A DNA stretch of 64,000 nucleotides from assembly GCA_013239625.1 (NCBI GenBank), contig MU054338.1, positions 3,495,371 to 3,559,370 of the forward strand, written 5' to 3'. Numbering within the stretch: position 1 is the first letter of the stretch; each line of letters opens with the position of its first letter. A program made the translations under genes and the position numbers. Of the stretch, positions 1-13,160 are shown in pieces. The notes beneath the pieces were generated by a model. It made no database searches. It saw only the letters and a program-made list of their open reading frames with translations, and was not told the origin of the DNA. The DNA is from Lama guanicoe. Its lineage: Eukaryota.

Positions 1-356
1 ACTCTGGCCTGAGCACCCTGAAGGTTAGAGCTGCCACCTCCAGGAAGCCCTCCCTGAATGCTCTGCCCACCCAGTGTCCCTGACGGCTGACCCTGGGAGC
101 CCCCGAATGCTCGGTTGATATGTCCTCTGTATACACCCAGGAGGCAGCTGCCCTTGGGATGGAGCATGGGGCCTAGATCACGTCAGCTCCTGCAGCTGGG
201 ACATATGGGGGTAATTTTTTTTTCAAAATAACTTTTCTTCTAATTATAAAATAGGCGCGTGCAGCAGAAAATTAGGGAAAATCAGCATAAAGAAGAAAAT
301 AAAAATTGCCCGCAATCCACTCATCTCCTGGAGAGAAACTGTTACCCTGTGGTCAT

Positions 357-690
357 TTTCATTCATTCTTTCCTCACTTACTGAGCACCTACTGTGTGAC
401 AGACCACTGGGGATACAGCGGTGGGATGACAAGCCCCCCGCCCTCAGGGGGCTCACAGATAAGCGGGAGGGACAGGCAACCACAGAGAAATAAACACTGT
501 CAATAACAGAAGGCCAGGAGGCACCGAGAGGCACCCGAAAGGAAAGAGATGCACCGTAAGGCTCTAGAAGCCTGAAGGGGTCTGAGGGGACCTCTCAGAA
601 GACGGGGATGAAGTGAGCCAATCAGATGGACAAACTCCTACAGGGAACAGAGTTTCAGGCAGGAGGAACAGCAAGTACAAAGGCCCTGAG
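357..690 (-). mobile_element. L2 LINE 3' fragment
   Basis: TTCATTCATT...TACTGAGCACCTACTGTGTG...GGGGATACAGCGGTG...ACAAAGGCCCTGAGG is the reverse complement of the L2 3' end. Confidence 0.7.
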
Positions 691-1539
691 GCCAACTGTT
701 TTCTTCCAGTCTTTCTCCAACGTGTGTAAGTGGGTACTTTTTAAAAACAGGGATCATGATGATGAGACCATTTGCCAGTGTCCAGCTCAGTTTAACAGGT
801 TTCCACTTGACGGCCCAGTATAAATAAACAAGAGAGAGACATCCTCTGACGAAGCTGTGACCTATGCTTCCAAGCAAAGAGTGATTCTGGGGGGATGGTC
901 GCAAGCCTTTGAAAGTGGCACCCTCAGGCAAAAACGCCCCTGGGCAGCCCTGGGTAGGACCCTCACTCTAGTCCCTCCTCCGACCTTCCTCATAGTTGGG
1001 GCCAAACTTCCTAAAAGTTTCATTTAGGGGCAACCACCAAACTCCACACTCAGCTTCGAGAGCAAGAGAGAAACTGGTTGGGCAGCTTCCTCCTTTCTAG
1101 GGCTCCAGAGCTCCCAGGCCTGGGTTGCCCAATGGACCCTTCCCCACCCAGCTCAGCACTCGTGCCCTGGGGCAGCGAGCATGTGCCGACCAGCCAGGAG
1201 CCCGCCTCGCCCACACTCACATCACAGCCCTGGCGCCGTGTCTGCCTGCCAGCCACACCGCAGCGGGCACACTGCCCACCACAGGCACACACCAGCTCCT
1301 CGTTTGCCTTTTTCTCCTTCCAGGTCCCCCAGCTGCCATCCTCTCCTTCTGGACGAATGCAGGATGCTTTCAGGTACAGCTGGATCCAGCAAACCTGCGC
1401 TTCCCTCTGTCCTCCCCTTTTCAGCTAATGGCAGTTCCATTCTCCCAGAGGCTCAGGCTACAACCTGGTGGCTGGCCCTGACTCCTCTTCTTCCCTCACC
1501 CAACCATGAGAATCTGGAAATACTCTCAAGTTTCCATCC

Positions 1540-2445
1540 TAAATTTCTCCTGCATGTGTTCATCTCTCCCCATATACCTTTCCCACCCTGTCTAGCCCCT
1601 ACTATTGCCCACTTGGGCCAGTACAGACACCTCTACCCTGGTCCCTCAGCTCCCACCTTTATTCCCAGTGATCTGTTCTCCCCACAGTAGCCTGTGAGCA
1701 CCTGAGTCAGCACCCACCCCTCTGCAGCTCACAGCCCTCCAAGACCCCCACCTCCCTCCAGTAAAAGTGCAAGTCCTCCCTGCTGCCCGGAAGGCCCTGC
1801 AAGATATGCCCCCATCCCCCCCCTGCCCTCCCCTCCTCCCTCTCTCCCCCTCCCTCATTTGGCTCCAGACACACAGGCCTCCTAGCTGTTCCTCCAACTC
1901 CCCAGGCACGGCCCTGCCCCAGGGCCTCTGCACATGCTGGTTCCCCATTGTTTGGAACACCCTTCCCCCATATTTTCAGGGCTGTTTCCTTCTCGCCCTT
2001 CAGGTCTCCCTCGAACCTTGCCTTCTCGGAGAAGCCCTGGCTGGCCAGCCCTGCCCAGGGCCTCCATCAGCCTTATCACAAGTCTTCTCAGTTTTTCTTT
2101 TTTCTGTTTTGGCACTGATTTTCATCTGAAATCATCTTCTCTATTTCTCATTTACTGTCCAGATCTGTGCTATTCAATATGAGAACCACTAGCCACACGT
2201 GACTAAGTTAAAATTAAATAAAATTCAACCAAATTCAAAATTCACTTCCTCAGTCACACCGGCTATGTTTCCAGTGTGGCTCATGGCCACAGTATTGGCA
2301 CAGACCTAGCATATTTCTAACAGTGCAGAAAGTCCTGTGGACAGCTCTGCCGGAGACTGCAGGAGCCAGGTTGGTTTTGCTGCGTCCTAGGGCCTGGTGT
2401 CCATACAGGAGGTACTCAGTAAATGCTTTCTAAATGAATGAATGA
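1540..2445 (+). mobile_element. L2 LINE 3' fragment interrupted by MER3
   Basis: GGCTCCAGACACACAGGCCTCC...CCCCAGGGCCTCTGCAC; ends with GTACTCAGTAAATGCTTTCTAAATGAATGAATGA, the L2 tail. Confidence 0.75.
2165..2349 (-). mobile_element. MER3-like hAT-Charlie MITE
   Basis: CTGTGCTATTCAATA...CCACTAGCCACACGTG...AAAATTAAATAAAATT...TTCCTCAGTCACAC...GCAGAAAGTCCTGTGGACAGCTCTG matches the recalled MER3 consensus. Confidence 0.8.
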
Positions 2446-4419
2446 GCAAAAAAAGGCTAAGAGGCTTTGCGAAGTCTGGAGGGGCTGATTTGCAGGACAG
2501 GGCAGAGGTCGGCAGGCACCATCTGCAGCCACAAGTCCACACAGCTGGGATCTGAACTTGGGTCTACCTGGCCTCCATCCCAGGCACCCTCTGGGGGCTG
2601 TTGCTCCAGCCTCAAAGGCAGAAATTTGTAAAAAGCTGCCCTGACCACAGCCAAACTCTGCCCAGCAGCCCGGCGTCAACGTGCTGACTCAGCCAGAGAG
2701 GCAGAGGGCAGAAGGGGCTGTGCCCAGCCAGGCAAGGTCCTCCAAGCTGGGCCCCCACCGAGCCCCTCAACTCCCACCTTGAGCCAGCTGTGGCTGCTTT
2801 CATGGGCTTGGCCGCATCCTCTCCGTAAGATGCATCTGCACTCGCCACGTCCCCACTGGGGAAGAGTGTGGCATTCCCCCCAAATGCTTCCCTCCCTGTT
2901 TCCGACTTCTGCCACATCCCAATAACCCTCATTAAATCTTTCATTCAACTGGCTCACACAGTTCTCTTAAACTAATTTACTTTAGAAACTCTCTAATGCA
3001 CAGCTCTAACTGCCGAGCCTTGAAAGTCACCAGAAAAATTATTACAATGAAACTATGTACTGAGTTCTTCCATTTTCCCTGGATACTGTTGCTAAAGCCA
3101 GCAGCTGGATGGGATTTGGTTATAAAGAGATGGGCGGGTACTGGTGTAGAAGATCACCCTGCACCCGAGTGAGACTTTCTCCTTGACCTGTTACAGAAAC
3201 TGAGGCACAGGCCAGAGAGGTCCCTGAGGCAGTGCTTTGTGTAGCTCTTGACTGACTTCCTTCGTGAGGGTGGGACCCAGCCTTGGTCACTGCTGAAACC
3301 TCACTTATTCTGCACTAAGTGCTCTCTGGAGTTCTGGGGACACAGTAGGAACCAGGGCAGGCAGCCTCTCAGGGCTTCTTTTCTAGAGAGGGACAGTGAC
3401 AGGTGAAGGCAGCCATGCAAAGGTGGGGATGAAGAGGGAATTCTGGGTAGAAGACACAGCATGTGCAAAGGTCCTGAGGTAGGAGCAAACACACTAAGTT
3501 CTAGGGAATGAGAGGGAGATGGGGATTAGAGGGGCAGGGAGGGGTATGTCATCTGAGGATGGGACATACTGAGGCACGAACAGTTATCACACTTCTGTGA
3601 CCATTCTCCTTTCACACACACATGCCTGCATTTATAGAGTACCTGCTGTATACCAGACTCCAGGCTGAGCCCTGGGGACACAGGATGACCCAGGCAGCCC
3701 TGGCCCAGCATCAGGGAGTTCACAGGCTGCAGGGGAAGCAGACAGGGGCTCTGGTAGTTAAAGACCAGAGCTGTGATGGGGGATACCTCTGGCACAGGGG
3801 TGCAGCAGGCTTCTGGGAGGAGGTGATATCTAAGATGTGAAAAAAGAGGGGAAACTAGGGGAGGAAACCGAAGTGGTGCTGGACCAAATGAAAGAAGTGG
3901 GAATGGGAATCCTGGGCCAAGTCCCATTCCAAAGTGAGAAGACTGAAGGGCCAGCGGGCTGCTCAGGGGGATGGGATGGCAGAGCCAGGGTTCCTGCTTG
4001 GCCCGGACCTGCTGTGTGAGCTCAGACGCAGCCACAACCTCTCTGGGCTACTCCCCAAGCTCTCAAGTCCTGGGTAAGCTGGGAGAAAATGACATCTTAG
4101 GAAAGGGGCTTGGACCTAGACCCCACCCCACATCCCCCAAGACCCAGGAACACTCACTAAGGGCTCCTGGTGGTCACCCGGTCCTGGGATTTGTGGCATC
4201 TTGAGCCTAGCCCACCTGTGACTTCGCAGTCTACAGGTAGGCTGGGGCTGGCTGCCACGTGGAGGCAGAAGGATGAACCACTGGCTCCCAAATGCATGAG
4301 TTATTGTGATTATTAATTATTTCCTGGCTGCAGCCCCCAGCAAGCAGCTCTCACTGGGAGCCATCATGGGGGGAGGGGCACAGGTTTCATTGAAGACAGT
4401 GGCTCAGGCTCAGCGGTTG

Positions 4420-4800
4420 TCCCAGGAGGCCTCACCACAGGGCCTTTGCATCTCTGTCCCTCTGCTGGGCACACTCTGCCCCACTGAAACCCGCCTGGCT
4501 CCCTCCCTCACCACCTCTCTCCAAATGTCACCTTTGCAGCAAGGTCTTCTGGGACACCCTATTTAAAATTTTGCCTCCCACTCTGGGCACTCTCTGCTTC
4601 CTTTCTCTGACTTCTATTCCCCCTAGAGCAACATGCCACTCCCTGACATTTCATGTGGTTCTGTCCCCCCTCCCTGTGCTTTGTTTATTTTCCACCTCTC
4701 TAACTGGAGTGCTAGCTACAAGAGGGCAGGGGATTTGTTCTTTCAAATTCTCCCTGATTGGAACAGGGAACAGCTGGCACACAGCAGATGCAAACATTCA
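4420..4800 (+). mobile_element. L2 fragment
   Basis: CACAGGGCCTTTGCA...CAAATGTCACC...GAGGGCAGGG...CTGGCACACAGCAG are L2 3' motifs. Confidence 0.65.
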
Positions 4801-5603
4801 TGGGAAAAGTCCCTCTTGTCTGCCCCCAGAAGCAATGTCTGTGGCGGGCTGGTGTCAGTTTTCTACATCTCTTTCCCTAGCAGTTACAGACCAAAGTTAA
4901 CACTAGAATATGGAGGAGAAACGGAGTGATTTTTCTTCCGTCCAATTGTATCCTCTTTGTTTGTATCACTTCCCAATGTGTGTTCTTTCACATGACATGG
5001 TATCGACTGAGCCACACAACCCTAGGCTCTTTTCACCTGCTGCGTATAATCTTCCACTACAGGGCTGTGCCCAGTTATTAGAATCCCCTACTGATGGACA
5101 CCTAGGTTGGCTCCATTTTTTCCCCTCAGTCTCACCCAACACCTGTGAATCTCTGAGTCCATGCTTCCCACACCTCAATGCCAAGACGTAGGCAGCTGGA
5201 ATTTCTGCACCGTCCCTTTGAGCCTGCTAACATCACCTGTAGGAAATTATCTGAAAGACACATTCCTGAGAAATGACACGTGCAGACAGTCCTCACAGCA
5301 AAAGACTTGATGCAATCTAAGTGCCCAAAAATAAGGGGCGGGTTAAATGTATAAGGGGGCAAGGGATCAAATAAAGCCACAAAAGATTAAGATCTCAGTA
5401 TTATGAGACTAGCATCACAGCTGTGAAAAGGCAAGACAGATTTATAATTATGAAATCACTTTTAAGACACTACATTTTTAAGTGGGGAGGGGAAAAAAAT
5501 CAACCGAGGTACAGAACAGTTTTTAAAAGATGCTTTCATTTGGTTACACAAAGGAATACAAATCTACCCGCCTACTGAACGTTCACCGAAGATGTCTAGA
5601 TAA

Positions 5604-5809
5604 CTGCGCACCCAAAACAGTGGCCGTGAGCCACTTCTGGCTATTCACATTTAAATGGAATAAAATTTACAACTTGAGCCCTCATTTCCACCAGCCACAT
5701 TTCTGATGCTCACACTGATGACAGCACACGCAGTTAGAGGCTACTTTATTAGGAAGCTTAGGTAGAGAATATTTCTAACACCGCACAAAAGTTCTGCTGG
5801 ACAGCGCCG
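5604..5809 (-). mobile_element. MER3/MER33-like hAT MITE
   Basis: CTGCGCACCC...GAGCCACTTCTGGCTATT...CCAGCCACATTTC...AAAAGTTCTGCTGGACAGCGCCG. Confidence 0.7.
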
Positions 5810-5817
5810 ACACAGAG

Positions 5818-6033
5818 CAGGGGCCGGCAAACTACAGCCCATGGGTCAAACCTGGCCCACTGGCTGTTTGTGTAAATAACGCTTCATTGGCCACGGCCAT
5901 TCATTCACGTCTTGTCTCTGGCTGCTTTCAAGCTACAAAGGCGACACTAAGTGGTATTGACAGAGACTGCGGTACAGTGGGGCTAAAAAGATTTACTATC
6001 TGGCCCTTCACAGAAAAAGTTGACCAACCCCTG
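5818..6033 (+). mobile_element. MER58A-like hAT-Charlie MITE
   Basis: Terminal inverted repeats CAGGGGCCGGCAAACT and AGTTGACCAACCCCTG; internal TGGCTGCTTT...TTTACTATCTGGCCCTT. Confidence 0.85.
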
Positions 6034-7699
6034 TCCTAGCAGGCTGGTGGCTGCTTCTGGGGAAAAAGAGGCGAAGGGGCCTGAGGATTCCAGGGGAGGG
6101 GTGGTGAAGAGACTCTCCATGGTGTATTCTTCAATACATCCTCAACTGTGCCCCACATGTACGCCTTATCTGGCCAGAAAAATTCGAATAAAAGACGTTG
6201 CAAAGTGGCAATGCTAATTTATTCTCCTGCTGGAGATGCCCAGAGGGCCTGGTCCCCCTCCCATCACCAATCTGGAGATCCCCAAGCTTTAGAAATTTTT
6301 GCCAAGCAGATAGTCAAGAAAAAGACCTTGTTGTGTTCATTTGCATCTCCTGGGCAAGAGCTGGGGAATCTTTAAATATAGATAAATGCTTGTCTACTCA
6401 TCCGTCAGCCCCCAGACTCTGAAAAGGCGGGGTCTCCATCCATCTCAATTGCTGCAGTATCCCAGCATCCACATGGGGCCAAGCAAACAGCTGGAGCCCA
6501 ATGAATGCGTGTTGAATGGATGAATGAGGGCCAGAGGGAACTGGGCCCAGGGCTGGGACTGCATTGCAAGGCCTGGGATCACAGGGGGACAGGGGTAGGC
6601 ATCGAATGCGGGGCACGGCTTCTCTGAGGCAGGCTCACCAGTGGACCCAGGGCTGGCCTGGCTCCAGAGCTGGCCAGAGCTGCCGGCTCCTTGGGCAGGA
6701 GCTGCGGACATCCTTTCTGGGGGCTGTGCTCAGCAGACGGGGTATGGGCAGGGTGGGGGGCCCCTCAGGCTCCAGGCGCAAGAGAGATTATATATTCATC
6801 AAAATCTTAAACAAAAGCCCCACGGCCGCCTGTCAGCCAGGCTCTGGCTTTTATGGTAATCGGCGATGAATTACCCACAATGCCTGGCCAAGCGCAAGTG
6901 GTTCTTGGCCCAGATCCTAAACTAATTTTTATATGTTCGTGTGTATATAATTTTGCTCACTCCCTCCTATCCCACTTTCATCATTAGTGGGCGCCTAGGG
7001 GGAGGGACAGAGGACTGGGGGCAGAAGGAACCCTGGGTATAAAGCAGAGGTTGCTCACTGGGAACCCCCAGCCCTCAAGCCCACCTGGCACCAGACCCTG
7101 GGCTCCAAGTGTGTGGAGGCGGGAGGTGAGTGCCAAGCTGGAGCCAAGAGGAGCCTAGAAACCCCCAAGAACTAAAGCTGGCAGCCCGGGGGTGGAAAAC
7201 ACACAGAGAAGGAGGGAGAGGAGCAAAGTGGGGAGGGTGTGTGAGTCCGTGAGCGCTGTGTCACATGCTGTGTGGCCTGGGGCAAGTGCCTTAACCTCTC
7301 TGGGTTTCAGTCTCCTGGTCTGTAAGCAAGACGTTCCCCCATATCTTGAAATGGAGGCTTCCAGAGAATCTCAGAATTTCTGCCCCAAGAGCCCCAGTGG
7401 AACTTGGAGCTGGCGAAGTCTCACATCCAAACCCAAATGTGTAGCCGGCTATGTTCTAAGTGCTTTGTACGTATTAATTTACTCCATTGCCTTCCATTAT
7501 CACCCCTATTATACAGATGGGGAAACTGAGGCTGAGAAAAAGATGTGCCTTGGGCAGGGGACACTGGTTCCAGATAGTACCCACGGGCTAACTTAGGAAC
7601 CACCAGCCCAGGAAGTCCCCTCCAACACCCACAGAGAGATCCAGCCCCTTTGCCTTCTGGAAACATGTGGGTGTCCTGTAACAAGGGGTCCCCTTGCTT

Positions 7700-8550
7700 G
7701 TCCCTCCCATCCTTGCAGATGCTCAGGCCAGAGATCTAGGAGTTGTCCTTGATTCCTCTCAAGCCCACCCTGCACCCACTGCTTGTCCAATCCCCTGGCT
7801 CTTCCCAAAAAACTCTCTCCAGAATCCACCCACTTTCTCCTCCCTCCTCTGCCTCCATCTGGTCCAGCCCCATCATCGATCACCTGGGCAAGTACAATCG
7901 CCCCCACCTTGGTCCCCGGCTCTTGCCTTCATCCTTATGGTCTGTCCTCCCTAAAGTGGCAAAAGGGCACCTGTGAACACCTGAGTCAGGACCTGCCCCT
8001 CCCCTGCCCACAGCCCTCCAGGGCTCCCACCTCCCTTGAGGTAAAAGCCCAAGTCTTCCTGTAGCCCACAAGGCCCTGCACAACCTGCCCCCATTCCCTC
8101 CCTCCCTTCCCCTCCTCCCCTCTCTCCCTAGCTCACCCTGCTCCAGCCACAAAGGCCTCCTCGCTGTTCCTCCAACACACTAGGCATGACCCTGCCCCAG
8201 GGCCTTTGCATAGCTCTTCCTTCTCCCCACCAGGGAACACCTTTCCTCCAGATCTCCATATAATTCACTCTCTCACCTTCTGCTGGTCTTTACTGAAATG
8301 CCACCTCCTCAAAGAGGCCTGCCTTAATTCCACAGCTGAAACAGTTCCTCCTTATCACCTACCCCTTGCCCTGGCTTCATTTTTCTTAAAGGAATCCTAT
8401 AGCTCCTTGATAAATATTTAACCTACTTATTTGTGTATTGTTCTCATTGCTACCCTCACAAGGCCAGGGCTTTTTCCTCCATCTTCTTCACCAATTCCCA
8501 GCACCTGGATCAGGACCCAGCATACAATAGGTGCTCAATAAATATCCACT
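7700..8550 (+). mobile_element. L2 LINE 3' fragment
   Basis: TGCTCAGGCCAGA...GTCCTTGATTCCTC...CTGCTCCAGCCAC...CAGGGCCTTTGCA...TAGGTGCTCAATAAATA. Confidence 0.85.
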
Positions 8551-9119
8551 GATGACTCTTTAGACCCCCAGTAAGGTTCTGGGTCCAGAAGAGCCACTAT
8601 GATTATTTTCTCAACACTCAGAAGCCTTTTGGGGTGGGGGGTCTGAAAGAAAATTTTTGATCTGAAACCACAGGGCAGGGTGAGGGGGCACAGGCTTCTG
8701 CAACTGGCCTGGTGGGAGCAGCCAAAGAATAAGAACGTTCCTATCCCACTAAACTGTTAAGGAGAGAAGCCTGCACTCGCTCACTGGTGGCTGGAGTGGA
8801 GATTATAGACACTGTAGGGTGACCAGGTGAAATCCAGCAAATGCTAAAATGTGCATTCCATATAGAACCGCTTACTCATGCTTGAAGTCTGTGCGTGAAC
8901 AAGTACTGTGGCTCATCTCATGGGAAAGTGAAAGAGGCATGATCACAAGGAGGAGGCTGGGCATGCCGATGGCATAGTACACAGCCCAGAAAAGGAAGTG
9001 AAGGCTCTGTACACACTGAGTCTGTCTGTGAAAGAGCACAGCACGGAACAGTGGGTGCAGGCTGTGTGGTTAAGAGGAGAGGAGACCAACAGACATACAC
9101 TTGCTAATGCTAAAACAGT

Positions 9120-9320
9120 AACAGCAATAGTAAAAACACTTGCCACTATTTTAAGATGATGTATGATGTGCTAGACACATATCTCACCTAAATCTCTCCA
9201 TTTTACAGAACAGGAGATTGAGCGTCAGAGAGGTTAGGCCACTTGCCCAAGGTAACACAGCCTGGAAGTGGCAGAGGGGGAAACGAGCACAGGTCGCCAG
9301 GCCCCAGAGTCTGGCCTAGG
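9120..9320 (-). mobile_element. MIR SINE
   Basis: CCATTTTACAGAACAGGAGATTGAG...AGAGAGGTTAGGCCACTTGCCCAAGGTAACACAGC, the MIR core. Confidence 0.75.
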
Positions 9321-9859
9321 ATGAGGTGACAAAGCTCACTGGCAGCTGAGCTCAACACTTTGTATACAGTAGGTATCCAATAAGGGTCATGATGATGCCC
9401 AAGGGTGAAGTGAGCAGAGGCAGGACCGTGCTCAGGCGGAAATGGTGGGAGTTACTGAGCAGTCGGTCAGATGTTTGCTGGTGTGAAGGGACAAGGGCTC
9501 CAGCAATCAATGCAAACATGTTGGAAACCGGGCATCGGGGAGTGAGGCGGCTGGCTCGGAACAGAACAATTGGCTGCCAATCTCATTTCCTCCTGTGACA
9601 GGGATGGGCAGGCCTGGCCAAGACCCACAGCTGGCACAAAGCCAGGGCCAGCGGGGACCTCCCCACCTGTCACCCATGATGTGTTCATCAAGAGCCAGGG
9701 GAACGTCATAACCATCCAGGGTGGATGGCAGGAGCGGGTGCGAGTGGATGCTGCCTGGATGGAGAGGGAGAGCCTGGCCCAAGGTCACTGTGGCTCCTAG
9801 TAAACCTTTCTTCCTCTCTGCCTCAGTTGGACTAACCTCTGTTTAACCTGTGTTTACAG

Positions 9860-10000
9860 AGAACCACATGGTACGAGGTCCAAGATCACAGGCTTGACGT
9901 GAGTCCAGTCACAGGCTCTGCTCCTTGCTTACTCTATGACCTCAAGTAAGTCACTCCCTTTCTATGAACCTCAGCTTCCCCATCTGTAAAATCGAGTCAT
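9860..10000 (+). mobile_element. MIR SINE
   Basis: TATGACCTCAAGTAAGTCACTCCC...CCTCAGCTTCCCCATCTGTAAAAT. Confidence 0.7.
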
Positions 10001-11759
10001 CACCCCGTGGCTTGAGAAAACCTTCCCAAGACATAGGCTTTAGATTCAGAGCAACCCAAGACCAAAGTGTGGCTTAACCTCCTTCTACCTGAGTGGCCCT
10101 GGGCAAGCATTTTAAGCAATCTGGGTCTACTTTTCTTTATCTTTAACAAGGAATTAAAGGCTCCTGGCCTGAGCCCCTGGATTAAGCCATGCCTGAAGCT
10201 GTTATATTCTAATATCAGCCTTCTCAGGTACAAGAGCCAGTCAATTCATCTGCTTTTTAAAAAAATTAAGTCAGTTTGATTTGGGTTTCTCCTCCTTTCA
10301 ATCTGCATGCCCATTGTGCACCTGAGGATGGAGTCTCAGCAGTAGCAGGGCAGGGAGCTGAGGATAACTTTTGAACAGGATCAAACCTCTATGTCTCACG
10401 TCTTTAAGAATGCAGATGCTGGAAAGCACACCCAAGTGGTATCATCCAGGCCTGGGACTGAGGGCAGTGCCTAATTACTGAGCACTATCTCATGCCTGTT
10501 GATTGACTGCCTATTATGGGCCCATCGGTCTAACAGCTACCAAGATCCATTTAGTGAGCACCTACTGTGTGCTGGCCCCCACGCAAGGCACCAGATTTAA
10601 CTACTTTACATTGAGGGCTCGCAGTGCCTTTGCATGGGAAGTCTTTGCCCATGCTGTTCCCTCTGCCTGGAACACCGCTCCCTCCTCTCTCTGCCCAGAT
10701 GACTCCTACTCAACCTCCATATCTTAGATCAGCTGCCACAGCCTCCAGGAAGCTTCCCTGGCCACCCCTCCCATCTTTCACTCTCAGAGCCTTTCATCCT
10801 CGCTCCCCTCCTCGTTCCAGTTCCAGAGCTGATGATTTCTGTATTTCCTTGAGTTCAAGTCGCATCATGATTTTACGTGTCAATAAGAAAGAAAACATGT
10901 TCCCAGTTAAACTATATACGACTTAACACAGAGAATTATCATTTGATAACTACTGAAAGTGCCTTTTTAGACATCTTTGGACATAGATTTTGATCACCTT
11001 TCTCTCCTGATCGTAAACAGAAAGTGTAAGTAAAATATATGATTCAAGCTTTCCTAAAACTTTATGTTCCAAGCTCAGCTCTTCAGAACTGGTTTTTGCC
11101 CCAGCGCTGCTGATTTGGGATTTTGCACATGGCCCCCGTTCCTCTGCTTCCAGGCCCTGGGCACCTGGCACTTCCCATGGGTGGCTGCCCCAGGCCTTCC
11201 CTCCAGGCCCCTGACACCCACGCTGGGGCACCCACGGCCGGTGCTAACAGTGCACAGAAGGCTCCCTCCCGCCCAGTCTCGCATGGCCCGAGCACTGCAG
11301 TTTGTCAGCTGGTGCTCTGGGGCTGCAGTGGTCAAGACGGGAATAAGCAACCTGCCTACAGCTGCTTGGCACACAACGGGGACTCAAAAAGTATTACTGG
11401 GATGACAAGCAAATGCCCGAGTCTGATTTCACCAGAAATGGGAGTTGAGAGAGGCTGAGCGAAAGCCGTAAAGTCACACAGCTAAGTAAGAGGTGCGGGC
11501 AGATTCAAATCTGGGATCCTTGGCTTTGCCCCGGGCTACCTGTTAACAGCACTTGCCACACATTTTCGTAAAATGGGGCAGGGCAGGGGACCCCAGCTAA
11601 CATCCCAGCTGGGAGAACTCAAAGTCACACAAGCCTTTAAATGTATGTGATCAATCTATACACAAATTAGGAGGAAGTGGTAGCCTGTAAGTGCTTAGGG
11701 AGCAAACTGCACCTGAGTCAGGCCCAGCCATGGGTCAGCCTGCGGGCCACCCTGCCATA

Positions 11760-11880
11760 TGCATCATCTAGCTGTGTGACCCTGGGCAGATGACTCAACC
11801 TCTCTGGGCCTTAGTTTCCCCACCAGCCAAGTAGGTGTAAGAGCCCCTGCCTCCCAGAGCTACCGTGAAGCTTAAACCTA
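11760..11880 (+). mobile_element. MIR SINE
   Basis: CTAGCTGTGTGACCCTGGGCAGATGACTCAACCTCTCTGGGCCTTAGTTTCCC. Confidence 0.75.
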
Positions 11881-11889
11881 TAACAAGTC

Positions 11890-12540
11890 TGCCTTCAAAC
11901 TCTATCACAGATTCACCTACTTTTCCCCCATCTTCTGTTTTCACCTGCTCTACCCCATCATCCCGTCATCCTCTCCCTGCTCCCTCCACCCCCATAGTCT
12001 GTCCTCCCTGCAGCAGCCAGAGGGCTCCCATGAGCACCTGAGTCTGGTACCTACTTCCTCTGCTCGAAGTAAAAGCCTAAGTCCTCCCCGCCCACGAGGT
12101 CCTGCACACCTGCCCAACCCCGACCCCTCCCTGCCCTCCCTTCCTCCCTCTGTCCCCATCACTCACTCTACTCCAACTACACGGGCCTCCTCAGTGCTCC
12201 TCCAACACCCTAGGCATGGTTCTGCCCCAGGGCCTTTGCACAGGCTGTGCCCACTTCCCCCATGTATCCACTTAGCTCCCTCCCTCACCTCCATCAGGGC
12301 TTTACTCAAACTTGGCAACTCCTCAATACAAGGCCTTCCTTGAGACCCCATTTAAAACGGCAGCCCTCATCCCTCCACTCACGTCTTTTTCTCCCTTACT
12401 GTTTTCTCTGATCACCACCGAACAGGACACATGTTTGGCTTATGATCTCTCCATGATCAGAACCCGAGTCCCACAAAGCACGCACTTCCTCCCCTGCAGG
12501 GTCCCAGCAGCCAGCCCAGCACACAGTAGGCGCCCGGATG
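11890..12540 (+). mobile_element. L2 LINE 3' fragment
   Basis: GAGCACCTGAGTC...CTCACTCTACTCCAAC...CTGCCCCAGGGCCTTTGCAC...GCACACAGTAGGCGC. Confidence 0.8.
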
Positions 12541-12979
12541 ACTGAAGGCACAGATGTGGGGGTGGCGGCGGCAGCAGCAGCAGCGGCCACAGCTGAACCG
12601 GCTGCCTGGGCTCCAGGGCTAGCGGCGGAAGTGTCCACGCCTCCTCCAGAGGGGCCCTTCCTGTCCCCATTTCTGAGCCATCCCTGGACTCTGCCCTCTG
12701 CCCCCTTTCCTGAGCCTCCGGCCAACACCTGCTGACCGAAGGCAGGAAGCAGAGGCGGCTTCCGCGGTGCCTGTGGCCTAGGCTGGGCATGATCCTCCAG
12801 GCAGTTTAATCCCTGCCCCAGTGGGAGGGAGGCCCCAGAGGTTGAGCCCAACAAACAGATCGACTCGAGAAGCATCCGTCTCCCTGATCCCGCTCCCAGA
12901 AGGAGCCAGCACTGTGGCAGGTGCCTGGGAAATACTTAGTGACTAGTGTTTTATATTATTTACAGCTGCTGTGTCGCCT

Positions 12980-13160
12980 TCACTCTGAGCCCAGCACTAA
13001 GGCTCCACTCTACTAACTCACTGGATCCTTCAGGGTCATCATTGTCCCTGTTTTACAGATGGGGACATTGTGGCTGGGAGGTGAAATCACAACAGATGGG
13101 GAACCGAGCTGGGACTCAAACCCAGGCCAGTTGGTCCTCAAGTGTGGTTCTTAACCACTG
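12980..13160 (-). mobile_element. MIR SINE
   Basis: TTTTACAGATGGGGACATTG...GCTGGGACTCAAACCCAGG...TTCTTAACCACT. Confidence 0.7.

Noticed and set aside
9570..9800. 76-aa plus-strand ORF with protein-like wording (HDVFIKSQGNVITIQGGWQERVRVDAAW)
   Set aside because: Non-ATG start, no recognisable homologue and no convincing exon structure; a tBLASTn could still reveal a pseudogene fragment.
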